A stretch of DNA of 13,409 nucleotides from Pseudomonadota bacterium (GTDB lineage Bacteria; UBA10199; 2-02-FULL-44-16; JBDRGF01): assembly GCA_043818055.1 (NCBI GenBank), contig JBDRGF010000011.1, forward strand, positions 1 to 13,409. Reading direction: 5' to 3'. This document shows positions 6,210-13,409 of the stretch, piece by piece (position 1 is the stretch's first letter; every line of letters starts with the position of its first letter). The position numbers and the translations under genes were made by a program. A model generated the notes under the pieces. The model did not search any database, was not told the origin of the DNA, and saw only the letters and a list, made by a program, of their open reading frames with translations.

Positions 6210-8414
6210 TTAAAACGCTCTACTCCCCAAAGGCACCAACCCTGCAAATTCGGCAATCAATCTTTGAACATGTCCATTCTTAAATGAAACAGTGACCTTT
6301 CTTCCCACGCTGGTTTTTTCACTGCTTTTGATTATGCCTATCCCTAACGTCGGATGCTGCACATGACAGCCGACCGGAAAATCCATAATTCGTTCATCAA
6401 CAGGTCGTTGGTCAAAATCATCTTCAATTCTATTATTATTCGCGACCACACTACCCTGAGAATATTTATTAAAAGAGGCCTTCATCTGAAATTCATTTTT
6501 TACAAGCAAATTATTCCTGTGAACGATTTGATCCGGCAGCTCGTTGATAAATCTTGAAATCGCGCCATAACGAGTAACTCCAAATCGCTGCCTTCGACAC
6601 GCTGAAAGAAGCGTCACTTTCTCCTTCGCTCGCGTCAAGCCCACATAGCAAAGTCGTCTCTCCTCTTCGAGTTCCTCTATATCTTCAATCGAGGATGCGT
6701 GTGGGAGAGTTCCCTCATCAAGCCCGATCACATAGACTATGGGAAATTCCAACCCCTTAGCCAGATGCAACGTCATGAGACTCACAACTCCAGCCGTCTC
6801 ATCGAACCTGTCGATATCGCTCACCAAAGCGACCTGATCCATAAATTCGCAAAGAAGACCCGTACCCTCTTTCCCGGATTTGAATTCGCTTATTGCGCTC
6901 ACCAGCTGGTTCACGTTTTCAAGCCTCACCTCGGATTCGAGCGACGAACTACTGACCAAATTGTCAAGATAGCCGCTCCTGTCGAGTATCTCATGCAGAA
7001 TATTTGAAAGCTCCATCTCGAAATGACGAGCATGTAGCTCTTCAAAAAGTGTCCTTATCGAAATAAGGCTCTCCCGCGTCTTTCCTTTGATGCCTATTTC
7101 ATCGAGTTTATACAGGGATGAGAAGAGAGAACCTCCGAAATCCTTTATCGTCAGATCAAGCCTCTCCAGACTTCGCTTTCCGATGCCGCGTGGAGGAACG
7201 TTGATGATTCTCGATAGCGAGACATCGTCATGAGGATCGAGAACAAGTCGCAAGTAGGCGAGCAGGTCCTTGATCTCCTTTCTCTGATAAAATTTCACTC
7301 CACCGAAAATCCGGTACGGTATCTGAAATCTCCTGAATGCATCTTCTATCGGCCTCGACTGCGCATTCATCCTGTAGAAGACAACCATGTCGCTGTAAAG
7401 TTTCCCCTTAGTCCTCTCTTCTGAGATCTTCTTTGCAACCTCATCTGCCTCTTCCTTTTCGGTCGGCGCCAGAATGAAGCTGATCCTCTCCCCTACCTCT
7501 TTTTCAGTCCAAAGAACTTTAGCTTTGCGGCCGGTGTTATTCGAAATCAGGGCATTTGCGGCATTGAGAATATTGCCAGTCGAACGATAATTCTGTTCGA
7601 GCTTGATCACGAGCGAACCCGGATAATCCTTTTCAAAATCGAGTATGTTTGAAATATCGGCGCCCCTCCAGCGATAGATCGACTGATCGTCATCTCCCAC
7701 GACACATAAATTTTTCCTTGAGCCGGAGAGCAATTTCAAAAGGGTATACTGGGCATGGTTCGTGTCCTGGTACTCATCCACGAGGAGATATTTCCATCTA
7801 TTGTAATGCGCATTCAGCACATCCTCATTTTCAGAAAAAAGCTTCACGACTAAACGAATCAGATCTCCAAAATCGACTGCAAAGGATGTCTGGAGGATCT
7901 CCTGATATCTATTATATATCCTCGAAATCTGTTTCAGATAGAAGTTGTCGGCAAGCTGTTCGAATTTTTTCGGGTCATGACACTCATCCTTCGCACGCGA
8001 TATCTTTTCTACAACGGATCTTGGTGGAAATTTCTTAATATCGAGATTAAGCTCAGCAAGCACGCGTTTCACAAGGGCCAACTGATCATTATCATCATAG
8101 ATGATAAAATTAGGAGCGAGTCCCGCTGCCTCGGAGCATCTTCTAAGGATATTGAGACATATCGAGTGAAAGGTTCCGACTGTGAGATCGCGATAACGAT
8201 TACCGACTATTCTCTCCAGACGAGAACGCATCTCGCCGGCTGCTTTATTTGTAAATGTCACAGCCAGAATATTGGAGGCCTGTACCCCGTTCGCCATGAG
8301 GTGCGCGATGCGGGAAATCAAAACCCTTGTCTTCCCGCTTCCCGCCCCTGCAAGAATCAAAAGAGGCCCATCCAGATGCTCAACTGCTATTTTTTGTTGT
8401 GGATTTAATTCCAT
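6210..8414 (-). CDS. pcrA: ATP-dependent DNA helicase PcrA/UvrD (SF1)
   Basis: 734 aa. AGAGSGKT, TFTNKAA, VDEYQDTN, VGDDDQSIY, LEQNYRST, MTLHLAKGLEF, EEERRLCYVGLTRA, and a C-terminal Tudor-like tail (VQHPTLGIG). Confidence 0.96.
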   Translation of the reverse strand: MELNPQQKIAVEHLDGPLLILAGAGSGKTRVLISRIAHLMANGVQASNILAVTFTNKAAGEMRSRLERIVGNRYRDLTVGTFHSICLNILRRCSEAAGLAPNFIIYDDNDQLALVKRVLAELNLDIKKFPPRSVVEKISRAKDECHDPKKFEQLADNFYLKQISRIYNRYQEILQTSFAVDFGDLIRLVVKLFSENEDVLNAHYNRWKYLLVDEYQDTNHAQYTLLKLLSGSRKNLCVVGDDDQSIYRWRGADISNILDFEKDYPGSLVIKLEQNYRSTGNILNAANALISNNTGRKAKVLWTEKEVGERISFILAPTEKEEADEVAKKISEERTKGKLYSDMVVFYRMNAQSRPIEDAFRRFQIPYRIFGGVKFYQRKEIKDLLAYLRLVLDPHDDVSLSRIINVPPRGIGKRSLERLDLTIKDFGGSLFSSLYKLDEIGIKGKTRESLISIRTLFEELHARHFEMELSNILHEILDRSGYLDNLVSSSSLESEVRLENVNQLVSAISEFKSGKEGTGLLCEFMDQVALVSDIDRFDETAGVVSLMTLHLAKGLEFPIVYVIGLDEGTLPHASSIEDIEELEEERRLCYVGLTRAKEKVTLLSACRRQRFGVTRYGAISRFINELPDQIVHRNNLLVKNEFQMKASFNKYSQGSVVANNNRIEDDFDQRPVDERIMDFPVGCHVQHPTLGIGIIKSSEKTSVGRKVTVSFKNGHVQRLIAEFAGLVPLGSRAF

Positions 8415-8422
8415 AAATTTTG

Positions 8423-8457
8423 ACTGATTACTGACAACTGAAAACTGACAACTGTTT
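8423..8457. repeat. Heptamer tandem array (ACTGNNN) x5
   Basis: ACTGATT ACTGACA ACTGAAA ACTGACA ACTGTTT, filling most of the 45-bp glmS-pcrA spacer. Confidence 0.9.
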
Positions 8458-8459
8458 TT

Positions 8460-10280
8460 TCACTCCACCGTCACGCTCTTCGCTAAATTGCGGGGTTGAT
8501 CGACATCCGTCCCCTTATAATCAGCAATGTAATATGCTATCAACTGCATAGGTATTGCAGCAAGTATCGGCGTAAGATGCGGATGAATGTTTGGAAGCGC
8601 TATAGTCTCATCGACGAGATCATCCAACCTGGCATCACCCTGCGAAACCAGCGCGACCACAGAGCCGCTCCTCGCTTTAACTTCCTCAATGTTACCAAAT
8701 ATTTTTTCGCTGTAGGAATCCTTCGGCGCTATTGCGATTATGCATACATCCTCGTCAACTAGTGCGATGGGACCATGCTTCAATTCTCCCGCAGGAAATC
8801 CTTCAGCATGCAGATAAGAAATTTCTTTTAGCTTCAACGCCCCTTCCAACGCCACAGGATAATTCATTCCACGTCCTATGAACAAAACCTGCGCTGAATG
8901 AGAATAAGCGACAGAGACTTGGTTGATAAAATCCGCGACATCCAAAACCAGATTCAGATAGCGGGGAATCATTTGTAAATCTTTAAAAATAATTTCTCTG
9001 TCATCGATCTTCCGACCCTTTTTCTCACCTAGATAGAGAGCCATCATATAAAGAAGAAGGAGCTGCGCAGTAAAGGCCTTGGTGGAAGCGACCCCTATCT
9101 CCGGCCCGGCTTCTATATTCACCGTCGCATCGCTTAACCTTGCAATCGAAGATCCCATGACGTTGCAAAGGCTCAATATAGAACAGCCGGCATCTTTGGC
9201 CAGTTTCAAAGCCGCAAGAGTATCGGCAGTTTCACCAGACTGCGAAATCGGAATCACCAGAGTCTTTTTGTCGATCAAAGGACCACGATATCTGAATTCA
9301 GAGGAGTAATCTACGATCACCGGAATTTTTGCCAGATTTTCTATCCAATATTTTCCGACCAGCGCTGCATGATAGGATGTTCCGCAAGCTACGATCGCAA
9401 TTTCATCTATATCATTCTTTTCAAAAACGGCATCAATCTCAGGAAATTTTAATTTTGATCTCTCCTCAATTCTGTCTTTAATAATCCTTTCCAAAACGGA
9501 GGGCTGTTCAAAGATCTCCTTGAGCATGTAATGTTTGAAGCCACCCTTTTCAGCCATAGATGAATTCCATGTGACAAAATATGGATGTCTCTTAACTTTG
9601 ACACCGCTATTATCAAAGAGCTGTATCTCTTTCATGCTGACAATAGCCAGCTCTCCATCCTCCATTGAAAGAACTTTTCTGGTGTAGGGAAGAAGTGCCG
9701 GGATATCCGATGCGATAAAATTTTCACCATTTCCTAGTCCAAGAATGATGGGTGAACCGGATTTCGCTACATAGATATTTTCCGCATCAGATTTGTGAAT
9801 CACCGCCAACGCGTATGAGCCGCGAAGCTCGAGGATTGCCTTTCGAATAGCAGCTACAGTATCCTTCTCCTTTTTCGAGTGATACCAGATCAGATGACAG
9901 ATCACCTCAGTATCGGTTTCAGATACAAATTCATGTCCATCATCTGCTAACATTTTTTTTAATTCATTATAGTTCTCAATGATTCCGTTGTGGACGACAG
10001 CGTAGCCGCCGGCTGCGTGAGGGTGGGCATTTCTTTCGGAGGGTTTTCCATGTGTAGCCCATCTCGTATGACCGATTCCAAGAGTGCCGGAGAGTGGGGA
10101 TTCTTTCAAGACCTTTTCAAGGTTAACCAACTTTCCAAAGGCCCTGGTAATCGAAATCTTCCCGTTATTCATTATCGCAACACCGGCCGAATCATAGCCG
10201 CGATATTCCAACCTCTTCAGTCCATCGAGAAGAATATCTTGAGCATTTTTCTTCCCGATATATCCGACGATTCCACACAT
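8460..10280 (-). CDS. glmS: Glutamine--fructose-6-phosphate aminotransferase (isomerizing)
   Basis: True start is MCGIVGY at 10280, not the ORF-track start at 10364. LEYRGYDSAG, GHTRWATHG, HNGIIEN, SQSGET, ASTKAF, EGALKLKE, C-terminal PRNLAKSVTVE. Confidence 0.98.
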   Translation of the reverse strand: MCGIVGYIGKKNAQDILLDGLKRLEYRGYDSAGVAIMNNGKISITRAFGKLVNLEKVLKESPLSGTLGIGHTRWATHGKPSERNAHPHAAGGYAVVHNGIIENYNELKKMLADDGHEFVSETDTEVICHLIWYHSKKEKDTVAAIRKAILELRGSYALAVIHKSDAENIYVAKSGSPIILGLGNGENFIASDIPALLPYTRKVLSMEDGELAIVSMKEIQLFDNSGVKVKRHPYFVTWNSSMAEKGGFKHYMLKEIFEQPSVLERIIKDRIEERSKLKFPEIDAVFEKNDIDEIAIVACGTSYHAALVGKYWIENLAKIPVIVDYSSEFRYRGPLIDKKTLVIPISQSGETADTLAALKLAKDAGCSILSLCNVMGSSIARLSDATVNIEAGPEIGVASTKAFTAQLLLLYMMALYLGEKKGRKIDDREIIFKDLQMIPRYLNLVLDVADFINQVSVAYSHSAQVLFIGRGMNYPVALEGALKLKEISYLHAEGFPAGELKHGPIALVDEDVCIIAIAPKDSYSEKIFGNIEEVKARSGSVVALVSQGDARLDDLVDETIALPNIHPHLTPILAAIPMQLIAYYIADYKGTDVDQPRNLAKSVTVE

Positions 10281-10281
10281 A

Positions 10282-10938
10282 TTATGTTCCCTTTTTCTTT
10301 CGTTTATAGTTTTCGATATTCTTCTGCTCCACACGTGAAAGCGCAAGCGATTGTGCAGGCACATCTTTTGTTATCGTTGACCCGGCGCCTATCGTAGCAC
10401 CCTTTCCTATCCTGACAGGGGCGACAAATTGCGAATCGCTACCCACGAAGACATCCTCTTCGAATATCGTTTGAAATTTCTGAAAGCCGTCGTAATTGCA
10501 TGTGATAGTACCACAGCCGATATTCGTCCTTGCTCCGACAACAGCATCGCCAAGATACGTGAGATGATTCGCCTTAGCACCCTTTTCAACCTTCGTCTTT
10601 TTCACCTCTACAAAATTCCCGATCCTCGCATCTTCACCGATCTCACTCTCCGGCCTAATTCTGGCGAATGGACCGATCTTCGCATTTTTCTTTATGATAC
10701 TACTCTCAAGAACTGAGTAAGGTTTGATCTCGACACCATCTTCGACTGTCATATCAGTAAGCACAGCCCCCACACTTAAGAGACAGTTTTCCCCGATCTT
10801 AGTATTTCCAAAGAGACACACCCCCGGAAATACTTTTGTGCCAGATCCAATTTCGACGCATTCATCTATATAAGCATTATCGACGTCGATAAATTCCACA
10901 CCATTTTTCAAATGTTTTTCGTTTATTTTATTCTTCAT
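10282..10938 (-). CDS. glmU: GlmU C-terminal half only: glucosamine-1-phosphate N-acetyltransferase (left-handed beta-helix)
   Basis: 218 aa. [63 protein letters not shown]. Begins at the GlmU linker helix, with an in-frame TGA a few codons upstream. Stop is 1 nt from the glmS start. Confidence 0.9.
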   Translation of the reverse strand: MKNKINEKHLKNGVEFIDVDNAYIDECVEIGSGTKVFPGVCLFGNTKIGENCLLSVGAVLTDMTVEDGVEIKPYSVLESSIIKKNAKIGPFARIRPESEIGEDARIGNFVEVKKTKVEKGAKANHLTYLGDAVVGARTNIGCGTITCNYDGFQKFQTIFEEDVFVGSDSQFVAPVRIGKGATIGAGSTITKDVPAQSLALSRVEQKNIENYKRKKKGT

Positions 10939-10950
10939 AATAAATAAGAA

Positions 10951-10999
10951 GCCTGAGGCCTGATGTCAGAAGTCAGAAGTCAGAGGCCTGAGGCCAGTT
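10951..10999. repeat. Heptamer tandem array (GYCWGWN) x7
   Basis: GCCTGAG GCCTGAT GTCAGAA GTCAGAA GTCAGAG GCCTGAG GCCAGTT. Two more related units, ACCAGGG ACCAGCA, lie at 11018-11031. Confidence 0.9.
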
Positions 11000-11135
11000 A
11001 CCGCTAGCAACCTTTCAACCAGGGACCAGCAACATTGCCTTATAATATCAATTAGTTACCAAATGTTTTAGGACTCCCCTATCCACAAAGAAGGGCAGAA
11101 TATAGCCGATACCGGCTCAATAAGACAAGCTAATT

Positions 11136-11164
11136 TTGACATTCGCTCAGAATCGTACTATACA
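11136..11164 (+). promoter_or_regulatory. Candidate sigma70 promoter
   Basis: TTGACA-17 nt-TATACA. The ORF-track TTG start lies inside this -35 box. Confidence 0.45.
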
Positions 11165-11174
11165 TATGTTTGCT

Positions 11175-11789
11175 ATGAATCTTTCCAACGCAAGACATAT
11201 TTCAAAAAGCCTCAAACTAGAGGTGATCACTATCACATCAAAATTCAAAAAACATCTCTCATCTGCTATCATCTTAAACTCGATCGTATTGATCATCCTC
11301 TTTGGCACTATCGGATATGTCACTACCATGCCGACGACGAAGCCATCCAAAAATGAAACAACTTCCGATCTAAATCTCGCGCTCGATCTCATCAATGCAC
11401 AGAAGAGAGTTCCAAATAAAACTGAAGTTGCAATTTCAACTGTCACAATTCCTGAAATAAAGGCTGAAGAGTCTACACCGATCGCGGTTGTAGAAGTTAA
11501 AGAAGAAAAGGAACCGGTAAAGCAAAACGATGTAAATCTGGAAATTGAAAAGATTGTGAAAAAAATTGGTGACGATTCTGATCAGAGCAAAAGAAAGCGG
11601 GCATTAGTTGCCAGACGAAATAAAACAAGCGCCGTCGACACACTCGACAACGAAACCGCCAGACTCCACTATCTAAAAACCAACAATATCAAGAAAGGGA
11701 GCGTAACAACTCCCACACCTGAACCTGAGATGAAATACTACGGCATTGACAGTTCTGTATTCATTCCATTTGAGAACGATCCACGGTAG
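11175..11789 (+). CDS. Hypothetical single-pass membrane protein (start uncertain: 11166, 11175, 11223 or 11232)
   Basis: Long ORF with a basic patch then a hydrophobic helix (AIILNSIVLIILFGTIGYV), a low-complexity E/K/T/P linker, and a C-terminal YYGIDSSVFIPFENDPR. No family recognised. Confidence 0.7.
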   Translation: MNLSNARHISKSLKLEVITITSKFKKHLSSAIILNSIVLIILFGTIGYVTTMPTTKPSKNETTSDLNLALDLINAQKRVPNKTEVAISTVTIPEIKAEESTPIAVVEVKEEKEPVKQNDVNLEIEKIVKKIGDDSDQSKRKRALVARRNKTSAVDTLDNETARLHYLKTNNIKKGSVTTPTPEPEMKYYGIDSSVFIPFENDPR

Positions 11790-11842
11790 ATGAGGGGTCG
11801 GGAAATTTTTCTGGCAAATGCTTCATTTACCGACCCCTCATC
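11789..11842. repeat. 13-bp inverted repeat hairpin directly after the stop codon (terminator-like or REP-like)
   Basis: GATGAGGGGTCGG (11789-11801) pairs with CCGACCCCTCATC (11830-11842). No U-tract follows. Confidence 0.65.
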
Positions 11843-11872
11843 CTGAGCGAGTGCTTTGATCGAAGGATCCAG
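11838..11872. repeat. Degenerate GTC-type REP-like unit (TCATCCTGAGCG...CGAAGGATC)
   Basis: TCATCCTGAGCGAGTGCTTTGATCGAAGGATCCAG with an ATCCT/AGGAT stem. Resembles the widespread GTCATCCTGAGCG-AAG-CGAAGGATC repeats. Confidence 0.6.
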
Positions 11873-11949
11873 AACCGGTTATAATGTTTCACTTTTTTGA
11901 GAAAGACCCCACCGCCCCCCTCAGGTCGATCAATAACTCCAAACATATT

Positions 11950-12034
11950 CAAGTGACAAGTTGCAAGGATCAAGACTTGAGGCTTTTCCCCTCTGCCCTT
12001 CCCCCAATGACATTTTCCTCTGTGCCCTTCCCCC
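11950..12034. repeat. Two adjacent heptamer arrays: (CAAGNNN) x4 and a duplicated C-rich triplet of units
   Basis: CAAGTGA CAAGTTG CAAGGAT CAAGACT (11950-11977). TTTCCCC TCTGCCC TTCCCCC (11985-12005) recurs as TTTCCTC TGTGCCC TTCCCCC (12014-12034). Confidence 0.7.
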
Positions 12035-12078
12035 TTTTTGACGGGGGAAGGTGGCTGAAAGCCGGATGGGGGTGAGGG
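12026..12078. repeat. REP/MITE-like double-hairpin element (CCCTCACCC...CCTTCCCCC-loop-GGGGGAAGG type)
   Basis: CCTTCCCCC-TTTTTGAC-GGGGGAAGG, then a GGCT-GAA-AGCC mini-hairpin, then GGATGGGGGTGAGGG. Confidence 0.7.
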
Positions 12079-12152
12079 TTTTTGGACCAAATTGTGACAT
12101 TCTATCCACGCATCTGTTTCTTTCCAGTACTATCCCAATCCCAGAACAGCCT

Positions 12153-13210
12153 TCACATACACGCAGTAGTCGCAGTTCGTAGGCTCGTAAATATTTCTTG
12201 TATGGGTCCAAAGCATTTTGTTCGCTTTATAATATTGGAACATAATAAACCTGCCAAGAGAAATCGAATTTCACCACCACAGTTTTTATAAATTTCACGT
12301 ATCACTAAATCACTAATCGGCAATTTACAAGGATTGTCAGTATCCTGTGAAAGTTTTTTTGCTCTAATTTTTAGAATATCTACTGCCTCATTTTCATTCA
12401 ATGATTCAAGATATGTTTCAGTCCCTCGAAAATTATCAACCAACCTTGCGCCATTTGGATGTTGCCTTATTGCGCCATACGCCCCCCTTAGCCCTAATAA
12501 AATAACCCAGAGCTTTTTTATTGAGAACAATTCGTCTCGCAGCTCATTTAATATTTGCACCAGAATATTTATATCTACGATATCAAGGTTATTGATGATC
12601 ACATATATTCCATTCTTTTCGAGATCCGGAAGAGCATTTTCTAAGAGTTGACGGTTGATTTGAGCCAACTGGCTTATGGATGCCATTGACGGATGAGCCT
12701 GGCCCTGGGAAGCGCCACCATATGAAGCACCAACCCCTACACCTGAGCACCACCTGTCGGTCTGCTTGCAGAAACAATCAGTTCGTTAATCCATTTGTGA
12801 CGTTGATTAATCTCTTTTGGAACAGAGCGCTTCAACTCATCGTATATGTGCATTAAAGAAAATATGATACTTGAAGTTATCTTCAACATAAGGCTTTGCG
12901 CAGTTTCATCGGAATTGATTTGAAGTTTATTCATATTTGGAATCAGACGCGAGGGTGAATGGGCAATGTCCTCGAATTGTGTTTTTGGCTTATCAAAAGA
13001 GGTAACATACTGCATAACATTCACAAAAGTGGTTTTCCCCACACCTGGATTGCCTGTAACCAAGTGAATACAGCCTTCTAAACCGGCCATTTGTGCAAGA
13101 TAACTGTGAACATCGCCCCGCCGCCCAACAAACTTTTCAAATCCTTCTTTTGATGGTTCCAAAGGGTCAGTAAAAAAGGGGTTTTTGATAAATCCAATAG
13201 CTTCATACAT
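12153..13210 (-). pseudogene. Frameshifted P-loop/AAA-like ATPase (about 352 aa if repaired)
   Basis: ATG at 13210 with AAGGAG SD. GFIKNPFFTDPL...FVGR, Walker A GNPGVGKTT, then TAG at 12737-12739. The downstream frame continues GVGASYGG..., with Walker B-like VIINNLD and lid motif GGEIRF. One added T gives GGAQVLGVGASYGG. Confidence 0.8.
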
Positions 13211-13235
13211 ACAAATCTCCTTTATTATCAATGAT

Positions 13236-13273
13236 ATAACTCAATTTGCAGAAATTTCTGCTAATTGAGTTAT
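13236..13273. promoter_or_regulatory. 38-bp near-perfect palindrome upstream of the ATPase (operator or recombination-site candidate)
   Basis: ATAACTCAATT-T-GCAGAAA|TTTCTGC-T-AATTGAGTTAT, with a single mismatched pair. Confidence 0.6.
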
Positions 13274-13303
13274 GGGCACCTCTAAAAACCTATGATTCCC
13301 GCT

Positions 13304-13381
13304 TGTCATCCCCGCGAAGGCGGGGATCCAGATTTGGCTAATACCTATCAATACTGGATCCCCGCCTTCGCGGGGATGACA
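13304..13381. repeat. GTC-type REP doublet (REPIN/MITE-like; dRS3/RPE-like architecture)
   Basis: TGTCATCCCCGCGAAGGCGGGGATCCAG (13304-13331) and its exact reverse complement (13354-13381) with a 22-bp spacer. Each arm is itself a hairpin. Confidence 0.9.
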
Positions 13382-13409
13382 CGAAGAACAAAAAGAACAA
13401 AACAAAGTA

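Noticed and set aside
10281..10364. ORF-track N-terminal extension of glmS (MCLHNRL...)
   Set aside because: GlmS needs Cys at its mature N-terminus (MCGIVG at 10280), and the extension overlaps glmU.
6354..10716. Plus-strand and alternative-frame ORFs over pcrA, glmS and glmU
   Set aside because: Shadows of conserved housekeeping genes.
10281..11130. glmS ribozyme
   Set aside because: glmS starts 1 nt after the glmU stop, leaving no leader, and I recognised no ribozyme core upstream of glmU.
11147..11446. 99-aa antisense ORF as the missing GlmU N-domain
   Set aside because: No nucleotidyltransferase motif; it is a shadow of the plus-strand membrane protein.
11827..12291. Short ORFs 11827-12090, 11884-12075, 11930-12211 and 12082-12291
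   Set aside because: They run through palindromes and heptamer repeats, overlap each other, and show no recognisable motifs.
12737..12786. Programmed frameshift or TAG readthrough (pyrrolysine) in the ATPase
   Set aside because: The continuation is in a different frame, so readthrough would not join the halves, and no X XXY YYZ slippery site lies in the overlap.

Overview
Bacterial chromosomal window, probably from a deltaproteobacterial or Myxococcota-like lineage (inferred from the long S41 protease and a sigma54-type promoter). From left to right it holds: a membrane GAF-HisKA sensor with a degenerate ATP-binding domain (-); a coupled S41 protease-ribF-AroE-like fragment cluster (+); a single-domain response regulator (+); a glmU-glmS-pcrA/uvrD run in which glmU has only its acetyltransferase half (-); an unknown membrane protein (+); and an AT-rich P-loop/AAA-like ATPase broken by a 1-nt frameshift (-). 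The most striking signal is non-coding. Most intergenic gaps hold degenerate tandem arrays with a 7-nt period but different unit sequences (about 1481, 1540, 8423, 10951, 11950, 11985). At least four distinct REP/MITE-like palindrome types and a 38-bp near-perfect palindrome are also present. No transposase, RT, CRISPR array, tRNA or rRNA was seen. All family calls come from motif recognition by eye; no searches were run.
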